This document shows, one piece after another, positions 49,001 to 60,799 of a stretch of DNA of 64,000 nucleotides. The position numbers were made by a program, and so were the translations under genes. Location of the stretch: contig NIVC01000084.1 of NCBI GenBank assembly GCA_002269645.1, forward strand, positions 62,001 through 126,000, read 5' to 3'. The number at the start of each line of letters is the position of its first letter. Positions within the stretch are counted from its first letter, which is position 1. This DNA is from Macrostomum lignano. Lineage: Eukaryota. The notes under the pieces were generated by a model that was given only the letters and a program-made list of their open reading frames with translations, searched no databases and was not told the DNA's origin.

Positions 49001-49283
49001 GCCTTCTTCGTTGGCTTCTTCAACAGGAACCGCCGCAGGCGCCGCCTCAACTGCCGAGCCGCCAGTCGCCAGCCAGCAACAGCAGGATCAACGGCGCCAA
49101 AATCGCGGCATTCAAACGCGCATGGTTGGCGCCGATTTGGCGCAGGCGCGCATACGTAAAGAGTGCCGCGCCTGCGGTGCCAGATCCACTCGGCATATTC
49201 TGATTCCGCCTAGCAACGGAAACGGGCATCAGCAGCAGCAGCAGAGGCAGCCGAGCTCAGATGATAACGAGACTCTGCTCTGA
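43037..49283 (+). CDS. NMNAT: Nicotinamide/nicotinate mononucleotide adenylyltransferase (~390 aa, 5 exons)
   Basis: Exons: 43037-43487, 44115-44257, 44845-44946, 45037-45200, 48971-49283. All are phase-consistent. Motifs: [77 protein letters not shown]. The exon-1 donor, the start and the last exon are less certain. Confidence 0.88.
43530..44065. repeat. 25-bp minisatellite (ACTGAAGGATTTGGCTGGGGTGGTC) grading into longer variants; NMNAT intron 1
   Basis: About 15 near-perfect copies followed by diverged copies. Confidence 0.9.
44355..44648 (+). mobile_element. SINE family 1, full length, in NMNAT intron 2
   Basis: Best-preserved tRNA-like head, CORE-like middle and 3' body. Confidence 0.9.
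45231..47075. repeat. 31-bp minisatellite (TTCAGGTGAATGGGTAGTGAGACTATTTAGC), ~59 copies; NMNAT intron 4
   Basis: Period 31 checked at 45481/45512/45543. Confidence 0.95.
47575..48850. repeat. CT-rich ~22-bp minisatellite (TCCCCTCTCCTTTCCCTCTCCG); NMNAT intron 4
   Basis: Directly visible. The long ORFs here are artefacts. Confidence 0.9.
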
Positions 49284-49349
49284 TTGGCTACCAATATCAG
49301 GTATCCTAGCTATATAGAACTCTAAAGACTACTGCAGTCTGCGATTCCA

Positions 49350-49475
49350 AATTAGTTTGGGGCAGAATTAGAATCTCGGCTTGGCTCTGCTCGTGCAATT
49401 AACGCCCAGCTTGAGGGCCAAACCCCAAGGCACAGTGAAGTGTACATGCCTAACGATAAATGAAGTTAGGGCTGG
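49350..49475 (+). mobile_element. SINE family 2 internal fragment
   Basis: ATCTCGGCTTGGCTCTGCTCGTGCAATT...GTGAAGTGTACATGCCTAACGATAAA matches 1940-2040. Confidence 0.8.
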
Positions 49476-50289
49476 TTCTATCAGCGCAGGTTTTTATTGA
49501 GATTTGCTATTTTCGAATGATTATTTTTCATTGATTATTTTTGTTGTATAGGTACATGAAGTCTGTCACTGTCATAGTTCCTATAGATATATAATATTTA
49601 GAGTCATATTTTTCAGACTAGTCTATTTTTGAAAAATATAAATTTTATTTTGTAATTTTGTTTTGTTCGTTGTGATCATTTATAGCTTTACGAGCTTTAA
49701 TTACTACTGAGATAGTAGTATGGCAGTAAGTACACAATCTAGCACAATTCAATGCAGCATCAGACGCTTACATTTCCTACTGTAGCTCTACCGAAAATTT
49801 GAAATTGATTCTTTTTTTGTTAAAATAAAACGCAATGCCACGGTTATTTTATCAAGACTCTATAAAAGTTTTTTTGTTTCTAGATATAGCTATATATATA
49901 TATACCATAGCTAATAATAATTACAATTAAATGTGTTTACCTCAGGTATTAGCTTTTTTCTATTTAGATATATTGTCATTTCTATGTCTGCTATACTAAT
50001 TCTAACAAGGAGTTGTTGCTATATTAAACAGTTTGATGCAATCAGTTTTAACATTGATATTTTATTCTGTACTATGCATACTATACTGTTAGCACCATTT
50101 TTCAGTGTTCGCTCCTACACTCCCCATGAATATATTTTATTTTTGAAATCGTATCTTGATGTTAAACAAATTAATGCAAGTAAAATTTGATGTTATAAAT
50201 TATTTTTCTCATTGTTTTAGAAAAGGTTCGTCTTTCCTTTCATTTATTTTTTCTTTTATTGTAAATCGTAGCTATTAGCAGTCAGTTTG

Positions 50290-52185
50290 TGAACTCATTC
50301 AATTCTCACCTGTTCTCATCTCGATTCTCATGATTCTCACCTATTCTCGTCTCGATTCTCATGATTCTCACCTGTTCTCGTCTCGATTCTCATGATTCTC
50401 ACCTATTCTCGTCTCGATTCTCATGATTCTCACCTGTTCTCGTCTCGATTCTCATGATTCTCACATGTTCTCGTCTCGATTCTCATGATTCTCACCTGTT
50501 CTCGTCTCGATTCTCATGATTCTCACCTATTCTCGTCTCGATTCTCATGATTCTCACCTGTTCTCGTCTCGATTCTCATGATTCTCACCTATTCTCGTCT
50601 CGATTCTCATGATTCTCACCTGTTCTCGTCTCGATTCTCATGATTCTCACATGTTCTCGTCTCGATTCTCATGATTCTCACCTGTTCTCGTCTCGATTCT
50701 CATGATTCTCACCTATTCTCGTCTCGATTCTCATGATTCTCACCTATTCTCGTCTCGATTCTCATGATTCTCACCTGTTCTCGTCTCGATTCTCATGATT
50801 CTCACCTGTTCTCGTCTCGATTCTCATGATTCTCACCTATTCTCGTCTCGATTCTCATGATTCTCACCTGTTCTCGTCTCGATTCTCATGATTCTCACCC
50901 GTTCTCGTCTCGATTCTCATGATTCTCACCCGTTCTCGTCTCGATTCTCATGATTCTCACCCGTTCTCGTCTCGATTCTCATGATTCTCACCTGTCGTCT
51001 TATGATTACCATGATTCTCAACGGTCGTAACCCCGATTCTCATGATTCACACTTGTGGTCATTTCAATTCTCACCTGTTCTCATCCCTATTCTCATTATT
51101 CTCACCTGTTCTCATCCTGATTCTCACCTGTTCTCATCCCTATTCTCATGATTCTCACTTGTTCTCATCCTGATTCTCACCTGTTCTCATACTGATTCTC
51201 ACCTGTTCTCATCCTGATTCTCACCTGTTCTCATCCCTATTCTCATGATTCTCACCTGTTATCCTGATTCTCACCTGTTCTCATTGTGATTCTAACCTGT
51301 TCTCATCTTGATTCTCACCTGTTTTTATCCCGATTCTTACCTGCTCTCATCCCTATTCTCATGATTCTCACCTGTTATCATCCTGATTCTCACCTGTTCT
51401 CATCCCTATTCTCATGATTCTCACCTGTTCTCATCCCTATTCTCATTATTCTCACCTGTTCTCATCCCTATTCTCATGATTCTCACCTGTTCTCATCCTG
51501 ATTCTCACCTTTTCTCATCCTTATTCTCATGATTCTCACCTGTTCTCATCCTGATTCTCACCTTTTCTCATCCTTATTCTCATGATTCTCACCTGTTCTC
51601 ATCCTGATTCTCACCTTTTCTCATCCTTATTCTCATGATTCTCACCTGTTCTCATCCCTATTCTCATTATTCTCACCTGTTCTCATCCCTATTCTCATGA
51701 TTCTCACCTGTTCTCATCCCTACTCTCATGATTATCACCTGTTCTCATCCTGATTCTCACCTGTTCTCATCCTGATTTTCACCTGCTCTCATCCCTATTC
51801 TCATGATTCTCACCTGTTCTCATCCTGATTCTCACCTGTTCTCATCCTGATTTTCACCTGTTCTCATCCTGATTCTCACCTGTTCTCATCCTGATTCTCA
51901 CCTGTTCTCATCCCAATCATCATGATTCTCACTGCTCTCATCCCAATCATCATGATTCTCACCTGTTCTCATCCCAATCATCATGATTCTCACCTGTTCT
52001 CATCCCAATCATTATGATTCTCACCTGTTCTCATCCCAATCATCATGATTCTCACCTGTTCTCATCCCAATCATCATGATTCTCACCTGTTCTCATCCCA
52101 ATCATCATGATTCTCACCTGTTCTCATCCCAATCATCATGATTCTCACCTGCTCTCATCCCAATCATCATGATTCTCACCTGTTC
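50290..52185. repeat. 31-bp minisatellite (GATTCTCACCTGTTCTCGTCTCGATTCTCAT) grading into 22/31-bp variants
   Basis: Directly visible. Intergenic between NMNAT and the ASPP-like gene. Confidence 0.95.
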
Positions 52186-52834
52186 CGATCCAGATTTAGC
52201 AACAATTGCATTACTGAGGGCGTGATACAATATCAATCTGTGAACACACTTGTTCTTACATTCTGCCTACATTAATTCATGTATTCTAACTTTGCCCCCT
52301 TGTCTACATGTGTCTGCATAGCTAAGAAATTGTCATAGGCAAGCTAGCTGTGCACTACAATAGAACTTCACACAAATTGAAGAGATGCATACTAAGGAAC
52401 AATATCTCAGGTCTAATTTTGCTATCTTGTCTGACACTGGAGTGTAGCGGTTAATGCCTATTATGGCAACCCTCCGCCTATTGGCTGTAGACAGAGAGCA
52501 ATGATACAAGTACATTTTCTTTCTGTTATTCCAAAATGGTCATGCAGGCAGCCCGCATATCGTTCGTATGGCTTGGGGTTGGTAGCCGGGGTTTGGGCTG
52601 GGAGAGATTGCGAAATTCACCTGTACTAATATCACAAGCTTAAGAGTCGATGGCAGCATTTTCTAGTTCATAGGAATTGAAACTTGGATATTTTTCCTAC
52701 CCTGCTTTGAATTGCTTCGCTCTATGATTGTAAGTAATCGTTTTTTAAATAGTTTTCATAGGTCATTTTCTAAAGTGTAGTTACTTTGTACTTTGATTAA
52801 AAGTGATGCTATGTATGGTTTTTAGTTACTCTCG

Positions 52835-53620
52835 TTGCTGCCCATTCCGCCGACTCCCCTGAGCAGGCACATACCGAGGACGACTTAAGTAGAAGGACGG
52901 GAAACCTCGTTTCTTAGAAAGTTTTTGAAGGCCGGCTTTTCCCGAAAAAATACACTACGGAGATAGGAAGTTTTCATTTTTTCAGCACAAAAATTGCTAT
53001 TGCTTTTGATGGGAGGCAGATCCAGTGTTCTTCTTTTGATATGCTGTGCCTTTCTTATTGCTCTATCGATATTCATGGAGCTTTTCGTTCAGAAAATTAG
53101 GATTCTATGTAAATTTTTTATTCTACGTACATTTCCTGTACCTAAAATTCATAAAAATGCATGACACAGCTTGAATCTTTGGTTTTACGAATCTATTTTG
53201 TCATCTCTGTTGCAAATATTTGTTACACAGTCAGCTAAGAATGATAAAATAGACTCATAAAAGCAAAGAGCCTAGCTGTGCCATTTCAATGGTTTTTAGG
53301 CACAAGACACGTGCAAATGTACGTAGAATAAAAATTAACATAGAATCCTATTTTTCTGAACGAAAAGCTCCATGAATATCGATAGAGCAATAAGAAAGGC
53401 ACAGCATATCAAAAGATGAATACTGGATCTGCCTCCCATCAAAAGCAATAACAATTTTTGTGCTGAAAAAATGAAAACTTCCTATCTCCGTAGTGTATTT
53501 TTTCGGGAAAGACTGCCTTCAGTCGTCCTTGGCACACACGCACAGAAGTGTAGAGCTGCCTTTAAGGGCGTTCGTTAATTGCACGAGCAGACCTAACTCA
53601 ATGTGACTGCACTTGGAATT
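52835..53620 (-). mobile_element. SINE family 2 remnant split by a foldback MITE
   Basis: TGCCCATTCCGCCGACTCCCCTGAGCAGGCACA on the left and GGCACACAC...AATTGCACGAGCAGA...GACTGCACTTGGAAT on the right match the reverse complement of SINE2. Confidence 0.7.
52877..53532. mobile_element. Foldback MITE with ~250-bp inverted arms
   Basis: 52925-53170 is the near-perfect reverse complement of 53276-53520. Outer ends are CCGAGGACGACT / AGTCGTCCTTGG. No clean TSD. Confidence 0.8.
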
Positions 53621-54293
53621 TTGCAGATCTACAAATTTTATGCAAATATTTCAATTACTGTATATAATTCGTATCCAGTAATCTGGCCATTATTGGGGAG
53701 AATAAACTAGCGAGATTATATAGTATTGATATCACTCAATGGATAGTGACGTCTCCCCTCTGTTCCTATCTGTCTTTGGACTCTGTCACTGTGATTCTAG
53801 CGCACAAAAGAATCATAAAGCGGTGTATTTTATTTCGACTATTGGATACAAATGTTCAGTTAGGGCGCGTTTTTGTTATTAATACTTTACTACTATGGCC
53901 AATATTGAGCGCAGGATGTTTTATTACAAATTTAAGTCTCGCAGTCCAAGATCTGGATCTAGTTAGTAATTTAGCTAAATTATGGACACTTTTACCTAAG
54001 GCCCCCCCCGTCCCACTATTTTTGAAGCTAAGTAAACAAAAATCATAACATTCTGTTCTGAGCATTGAGCAAAAACCTTCTAGTTAGTCTTGATTGACAG
54101 TAGTTTTACAACATGCAACTAGAAACTCGTAGAAACTCTGCAATAATGCTTGCACTAGAAAGCTGTACTTTTTCAACAATAACTTTCAGACAACAACCAC
54201 GGATTTTCAACAATGTAGTCTTCACTAAGCCTTTGTTATCAGCTGTTCAGGCTAGCTTATTAGTGTTCAACATTAACTTGGGAGAACTGTTCA

Positions 54294-57200
54294 ATGAGTA
54301 CGGCATCAACGCTTGTCAACGGCGGCGGTAGCAGCGGTGGCGGCTCAGTCACCGAGCTGTCGTTAGCTGAACTTCGCGACATCGCCGCCCGTCAGCAGGC
54401 TCGCATCGACGCCCAGCTCAACGATTTAAGGCATCGTCAGCTGGCTTTGAACCGGCTGCGCAAAGACAGCAACGGATTAACGAATGGCGGAGGCCTTGCT
54501 GCCGCTGTTGAAGATCGCGACAATCGATTGAATCGGCTTCGCTTGCAACGGAAACAGCTGGACGAATATCGACAGGCCAATGCCCAGCTGACTGCCCAGC
54601 TGGCCCAAGCTCGCGATGCGTTTCAACGTCGTTCGGAGGAACTGGCCAAGCTGGACCAGCGAGTGGAGGCGATGCAGAAGCTGGCGGAATCGGTGAGTAT
54701 AGGCTTCTTTGAATTGTGTTTAAAAGGAAACCTCTCAATTTTAGCCTCTTTTTAGACAGAGTATCTGCATAGCCTAGCATAAGAGGGCCGTCCATCTAAG
54801 AGACAGGGGTGCCCATCTAAGAGGCAGAGGCGCTCATCTAAGAGACAGGGGCGCTCATCTAAGAGGCAGAGGCGCTCATTTAAGAGACAGGGGCGCCCAT
54901 CTAAGAGGCAGAGGCGCTCATCTAAGAGACAGGGGCGCCCATCTAAGAGGCAGAGGCGCTCATCTAAGAGACAGGGCCGCCCATCTAAGAGACAGGGCCG
55001 CCCATCTAAGAGACAGGGCAGCTCATCTAAGAGACAGGGCCGCCCATCTAAGAGGCAGAGGCGCTCATCTAAGAGGCAGAGGCGCTCATCTAAGAGACAG
55101 GGCCGCCCATCTAAGAGACAGGGCCGCCCATCTAAGAGACAGGGCCGCCCATCTAAGAGGCAGAGGCGCTCATCTAAGAGACAGGGCCGCCCATCTAAGA
55201 GACAGGGCCGCCCATCTAAGAGACAGGGCCGCCCATCTAAGAGACAGGGCAGCTCATCTAAGAGACAGGGCCGCCCATCTAAGAGACAGGGGCGCCCGTC
55301 TAAGAGACAGGGCAGCTCATCTAAGAGACAGGGCAGCTCGTCTAAGAGACAGGGCCGCCCATCTAAGAGACAGGGGCGCCCATCTAAGAGACAGGACAGC
55401 TCATCTAAGAGACAGGGCCGCCCATCTAAGAGACAGGGCCGCCCATCTAAGAGACAGGGCAGCTCATCTAAGAGACAGGGCCGCCCATCTAAGAGACAGG
55501 GCCGCCCATCTAAGAGACAGGGGCGCCCATCTAAGAGACAGGACAGCTCATCTAAGAGACAGGGCAGCTCATCTAAGAGACAGGGGCGCCCATCTAAGAG
55601 ACAGGGCAGCTCATCTAAGAGACAGTACGCCCATCTAAGATACGGGCGCCGATCTAAGAGACAGGGCGCCCATCTAAGATACGGGCGCCGATCTAAGAGA
55701 CAGGGCAGCTCATCTAAGAGACAGTACGCCCATCTAAGATACGGGCGCCGATCTAAGAGACAGGACCGCCCATCTAAGAGACAGGACCGCCCATCTAAGA
55801 GACAGGACCGCCCATCTAAGAGGCAGAAGCGCCCATCTTAGAGACAGGGGCGCCCATCTAAGAGACAGGGCGCCCATCTAAGATACGGGGGCGCCCATCT
55901 AAGATACGGGGGCGCCCATCTAAGAGAGCTCTAAGACACTAAAATGTAGTCGCCTACAACACTCCCAACACGAAGTCCTATGTATACCGCTTGTAGGCAA
56001 GACTACATTTATGTAATTAACGTTGACCTGTAATCAATAGAAAAGGGCAACGTGGGCGTACAATTAGATGAAATGGAAAGAGATTATTAGTGTCCTGGCT
56101 CACAGAGAAATTTACATGTCCATTAATTTTATCGCATTTATTAATAGTGACTACGTTGAGGCAAATACGTTGATAATATCTGTTATCATACTTATATAGC
56201 CGCCCGATACTAAGCAGGTCATGTTTACCACGCCCAGCAAAAGCAACACGCGTAGACAAAATTAAGTGAAAACTTAATGAGCACACCATGCGTCCCGTAT
56301 TCTTTCGCTGAGTTGCATGATAGAAGTACTTTAGCTTCTTGGAAATCTCCTCCTTACTGCAGGTAGCTTCTCCAAATAATCTTGCTTTTCGATAAAAAAA
56401 CTGCTTGATTCTTAGAGTAGTTTCGAGGCGATTCTTGGGGTACTTTATGGGCGATTTTAAGATTAGTTTTTTAGGGGCGTTTCTTAGGGTAGTTAAGAGG
56501 CGATTCTTGGGGTATTTTATAGGTGGTTCTTAGGGTAGTTTATAGGGGTGAATCTTAGGGTAGTTAAAGGGCGTTTTTAGGGTAGTTTTTAGGGGGCCTT
56601 TTTAAAGTAGTTTATGGGGGTTTTTTAGGGGCGTTTCTTAGGATAGTTTATAGGGGCGATACTTGGAGTAGTTTAGTGGCGATTATTAGGATAGTTTAGA
56701 GGCGATTCTTTGGGTAGTTTATAGGGGCGTTTTTAGGGTAGTTTATAGGGGCGTTTTTAGGGTAGTTTATAGGGGCGAATCTTGAGGTAGTTTTTAGGTG
56801 GTCCTTAGGGTAGTTTATTAGGGCCTTTTTAGTGTAGTTTGTAGGGGATTTTTACAGGGGCGATTGTTAGGGTATATTAGAGGCGATTCTTTGGGTAGTT
56901 TAAAGGAATGTTTCTAGTGACAAAACACTTCGGTCTGTCCTTGCTTTGTACTCCTTCAAGTCTCCTTACATGATTTAGTTAGTGTCCGTCTGAAAAGTAC
57001 ATCTTTATCTTACTCTCGGACATCATTTAATCAGAAATTAATAATTTATTACCTTGTTATTAACTTGTTAATAACTAAACTCGTTTCCATATCCATGCAA
57101 CAATTCCTCTGATCAGACTGAAACTATTGGTAGTGTCATCCGAAAACAAAACCAACCCAGCTAATCGCCATTCAATCGGTTCTATAATTATTATTACACA

Positions 57201-60200
57201 TTGTGAGGATCTTGGAGGCTAGCCCAGAAAATGAGGATCTGGGAGGCTGACCCAGCAACTGAGGATCTGGGAGGCTGGCCCAGCAACTGAGGATCTGGGA
57301 GGCTGGCAGCCCAGCAACTGAGGATCTGGGAGGCTGGACCAGCAACTGAGGATCTGGGAGGCTGGCCCAGCAACTGAGGATCTGGGAGACTGGCCCAGCA
57401 ACTGAGGATCTGGGAGGCTGGCCCAGCAACTGAGGATCAGGGAGGCTGGCCCAGCAACTAAGGATCTGGGAGGCTGGCCCAGCAACTGAGGATCTGGGAG
57501 GCTGGCCCAGCAACTGAGGATCTAGGAGGCTGGCCCAGCAACTGAGGATCTGGGAGGCTGGCCCAGCAACTAAGGATCAGGGAGGCTGGCCCAGCAACTG
57601 AGGATCTGGGAGGCTGGCCCAGCAACTGAGGATCAGGGAGGCTGGCCCAGCAACTAAGGATCAGGGAGGCTGGCCGGTTCTATAATGAATATTACATTTT
57701 GTGCTTTATTTGAATGTGAGGCAAAGATGTCAATATCATGCATTGATTTACGACGTATTGACACGGTCGCCTACGCGTTATTTTCCTTTCGAAATGTTTC
57801 TGTTGCTTATTTGGTCAAAAAAAGTTGATAAATAAATGGAAAAAGAATTCTTATCGGCTGGGCATGCGTGTACACGTGTATCTGAGATATGGTTACAGGG
57901 AGAGGCATACTGCAGTCATAGCTGTCGCCCTCCCCATTCCAACTGCACTGTGCAAAAAATCGTAATCTATCTCACTCGCAGTGCCGAGCTTATAATAATT
58001 TACACAGTTTTTCTACACCTGCATGCGCACATAACTCACACACAACAGCGTCAGCAGCAACAACAACAGCATCATCAGCAGCCACACCAGCATCCAACCC
58101 TGCCGAGTCCAGACTCCCGGCTTGCCAGACTACGCGAAGCTGTTCTCCAGCGCCGTCAACAATCTGAGCAACTCAGATTGAAAGCGACAGCAACAACTGG
58201 GGCGTCGGCTACGAAAGTCGTCACCGATCGAGAGACTGCAGTTGTTGCTGAACGACCGCCGAGTCCGCCAGCCTCCCACTGGCACAGGCGTCATCACGCG
58301 CCTAGAAACGTCATCATTGCTAGCGCTTGCCGACGCGGCGGCCAGCTGCCAGCCGAAGCGGCCGCCGCAACAGCGCAGCGATATCGCGAGGCTGCTCGTC
58401 TGGCCTACGAAGCGGCCGCTGCTAAAGAGCAGCTGGAGCAACAGAAGCAGCAGCAGCAGCAGCAGCAACAACAAGCGGTGTCCCTGACCACCGACGGCAT
58501 CGACGATTTAATCCGATTAGAAGCGTCAGCAAATCCCGAGGAGAAGCGCCGCTCTCTCGTTGTGGTTCAAGACCCTCCCGGAGCTCCTATTGGTTGGCGA
58601 GCGCCGATTGCTCGACCAGACGACGAAGAGACTGCAAGCAGTAGCTCGGCCAATGTGTCAGCCGCCGATGCTTCATCAACTGTTGATAATAATATTAATT
58701 CTAATAATGACTCAGAGCCAGCTGCTGCAGTGCAAACCGGTAATGATACAGACAATGATAAACTCGAAGATAAACCGGCAACCACTGTCGAGTCTAAGTT
58801 GTCCGATGACAAAAAGAAGAAATCGATTAATAAATCTGACCGGTCGGTTACATTTGATCCGCTGACAGTACTATTGGACGCTGCTATGGAAGGTGATTAA
58901 ACTTGATTAATGAATGCTGCATAATGTATGTTACTCAGTAATGTTGTATTGGTTTATTATGCGGTGTAGTTAATGCTTTATCTGTCAATGACTGTCTGCG
59001 ATAGTGAATAACCATCCCCGCGATGAGTGAACAGCCATTTCCGTGATGAGTGAACAGCCATTTCCGTGATGAGTGAACAGCCATTTCCGTGATAAGTGAA
59101 CAGCCATTTCCGTGATGAGTGAACGGCCATCCCCATGATGAGTGAAACGCCATCCCCGTGATGAGTGAAAAGCCATCCCCATGATAAGTAAAAAGCCATC
59201 CCGTGATGAGTGAAAGTCATCCCCGTGATGTGTAAACAGCTATCCCCGTGATGAGTAAACAGCCATCCCCGTGATGAGTAAACAGCTATCCCCGTGATGA
59301 GTAAACAGCCATCCCCGTGATGAGTGAAAGTCATCCCCGTAATGAGTAAACAGCCATCCTCGTGATGAGTGAAAGTCATCCCCGTGATAAGTGAAAAACC
59401 ACCCTGTGATGAGTGAAAAACCATCCCCATGCTGAGTGAAAAGCCATCCCCGTGATGGGTGAACAGTAATCTACGTGATGAGTGAACAGTAATCCACGTG
59501 ATGAGTGAACAGTAATCTACGTGTTGGGTGAATAGCCATCTCCGTGATGAGTGAACAGCCATCTTCGTGATTAGTGAACAGTAATCCACGTGATGAGTGA
59601 ACAGCCATCTCCGTGATGAGTGAACAGTAATCTATGTCATAAGTGAACAACCATCTCCGTGATGAGTGAACAGCCATGTCCGTGATGAGTGAACAGTTAT
59701 GTCCGTGATGAGTGAACAGCCATCTCCGTGATGAGTGAACAGTAATCTACGTGATTAGTGAACAACCATCTCCGTGATGAGTGAACAACCATCTCCGTTA
59801 TGAGTGAACAGCCATCTCCGTGATGAGTGAACAGTAATCTACGTGATTAGTGAGCAACCATTGGCCTCGTGATGAGTGAACGGCCATCCCCATGATGAAT
59901 GAACAACCACCCCGTGATGAGTGAACAGCCATCCTTGATACATTTATCACAATTACACTGCTATTGCGCTCCACTTGACCTCAGGTGACCCCAGTCAGAT
60001 TCGCGCCAGCGTTTCCGTCGATATATCGGCTAGCAACGAGGAGGGCATCACGGCGCTGCACAACGCAGTGTGCGCCGGTCATACCGACTGCGTCAAGCTG
60101 CTGATTGAACTCGGCGCCGACGTGAACTCCGCTGACATCGACGGTTGGACACCGCTGCACTGTTCGGTGTCCTGCAACCACCTGGCCCTCACCCAGCTCC

Positions 60201-60565
60201 TCGTGAGGTCCGGCGCCGCGATCTACTGCGCCACCAGAGCCGATTTCGAAACGCCGCTGGATCTGTGCCACGAAGGCGGCGCTGTCGAACGATTCCTACT
60301 CGACGAGGCGGGAAAGCTTGGCAAGGACAATGAAGGTCGAGTGTACGCCGTGGCCGACTACCAGCCGGAACGATCGGACGAGCTGGCGTTGAGGCGGCTC
60401 AGCCAGCTGCTGGTGGTGCGCAGGGCTGAACCAGACGAGCCCGACTGGTTCTGGTGCCGCGACGGCGACGCTGAAGGCTACGCGCCCAAGAGTCTGCTGT
60501 CGCTGTATCCGCTTGGTGGCGCGGGTGCCAGCTCCGAGGAGGCTGACCGTGCTTCATCTGCCTAG
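54294..60565 (+). CDS. ASPP: ASPP-family protein (coiled coil, PP1-binding RVxF, ankyrin repeats, SH3; ~607 aa, 3 exons)
   Basis: Exons: 54294-54692, 58049-58892, 59985-60565, phase-consistent. N-terminal ELSLAELRDIAARQQARIDAQ coiled coil; RSVTFDPLTVLLDAAMEG; NEEGITALHNAVCAGH; DGWTPLHC; SH3 ending EGYAPKSLLSLYP. Upstream exons are possible. Confidence 0.88.
54790..55930. repeat. 20-21 bp minisatellite (CTAAGAGACAGGGCCGCCCAT), same family as 6385-8235; ASPP intron 1
   Basis: Shares the AAGAGACAGGGGCGCC core. Confidence 0.95.
56420..56905. repeat. Degenerate ~21-30 bp repeat (TAGGGTAGTTTATAGGGGCG)
   Basis: Recurring motif in ASPP intron 1. Confidence 0.75.
57205..57675. repeat. 28-bp minisatellite (ACTGAGGATCTGGGAGGCTGGCCCAGCA)
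   Basis: About 16 copies in ASPP intron 1. Confidence 0.9.
58995..59935. repeat. 23-bp minisatellite (GTGATGAGTGAACAGCCATCTCC), ~40 copies
   Basis: Fills most of ASPP intron 2. Confidence 0.92.
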
Positions 60566-60799
60566 TCTGAGATTGCCGGCCCGCCCCTTCCTCTGTATTT
60601 TTTATTGATTATTCTGTCTGCCGCTGTTTGCTTGTTGATTTTTTTCTCATTTCCTTTTCAGAGAATTTTATGCTCAGCTAAATTCCCTCCCAGATTCACT
60701 GCTGCAAGGGCTCAGTTTTTGAGACAATTTGAGGCTTTTGTGTTCGAAAATTGGCCAAGGGGTTGTGCGATTCCAGGAGGTGGATGGTCGCTCGCCCGG

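Noticed and set aside
58995-59935. Hammerhead ribozyme or C/D-box snoRNA array (TGATGAG..GAAA, RTGATGA)
   Set aside because: The conserved C of CUGAUGA is absent, only 2 nt separate it from GAA (no stem II), and there is no CUGA D-box or terminal stem.
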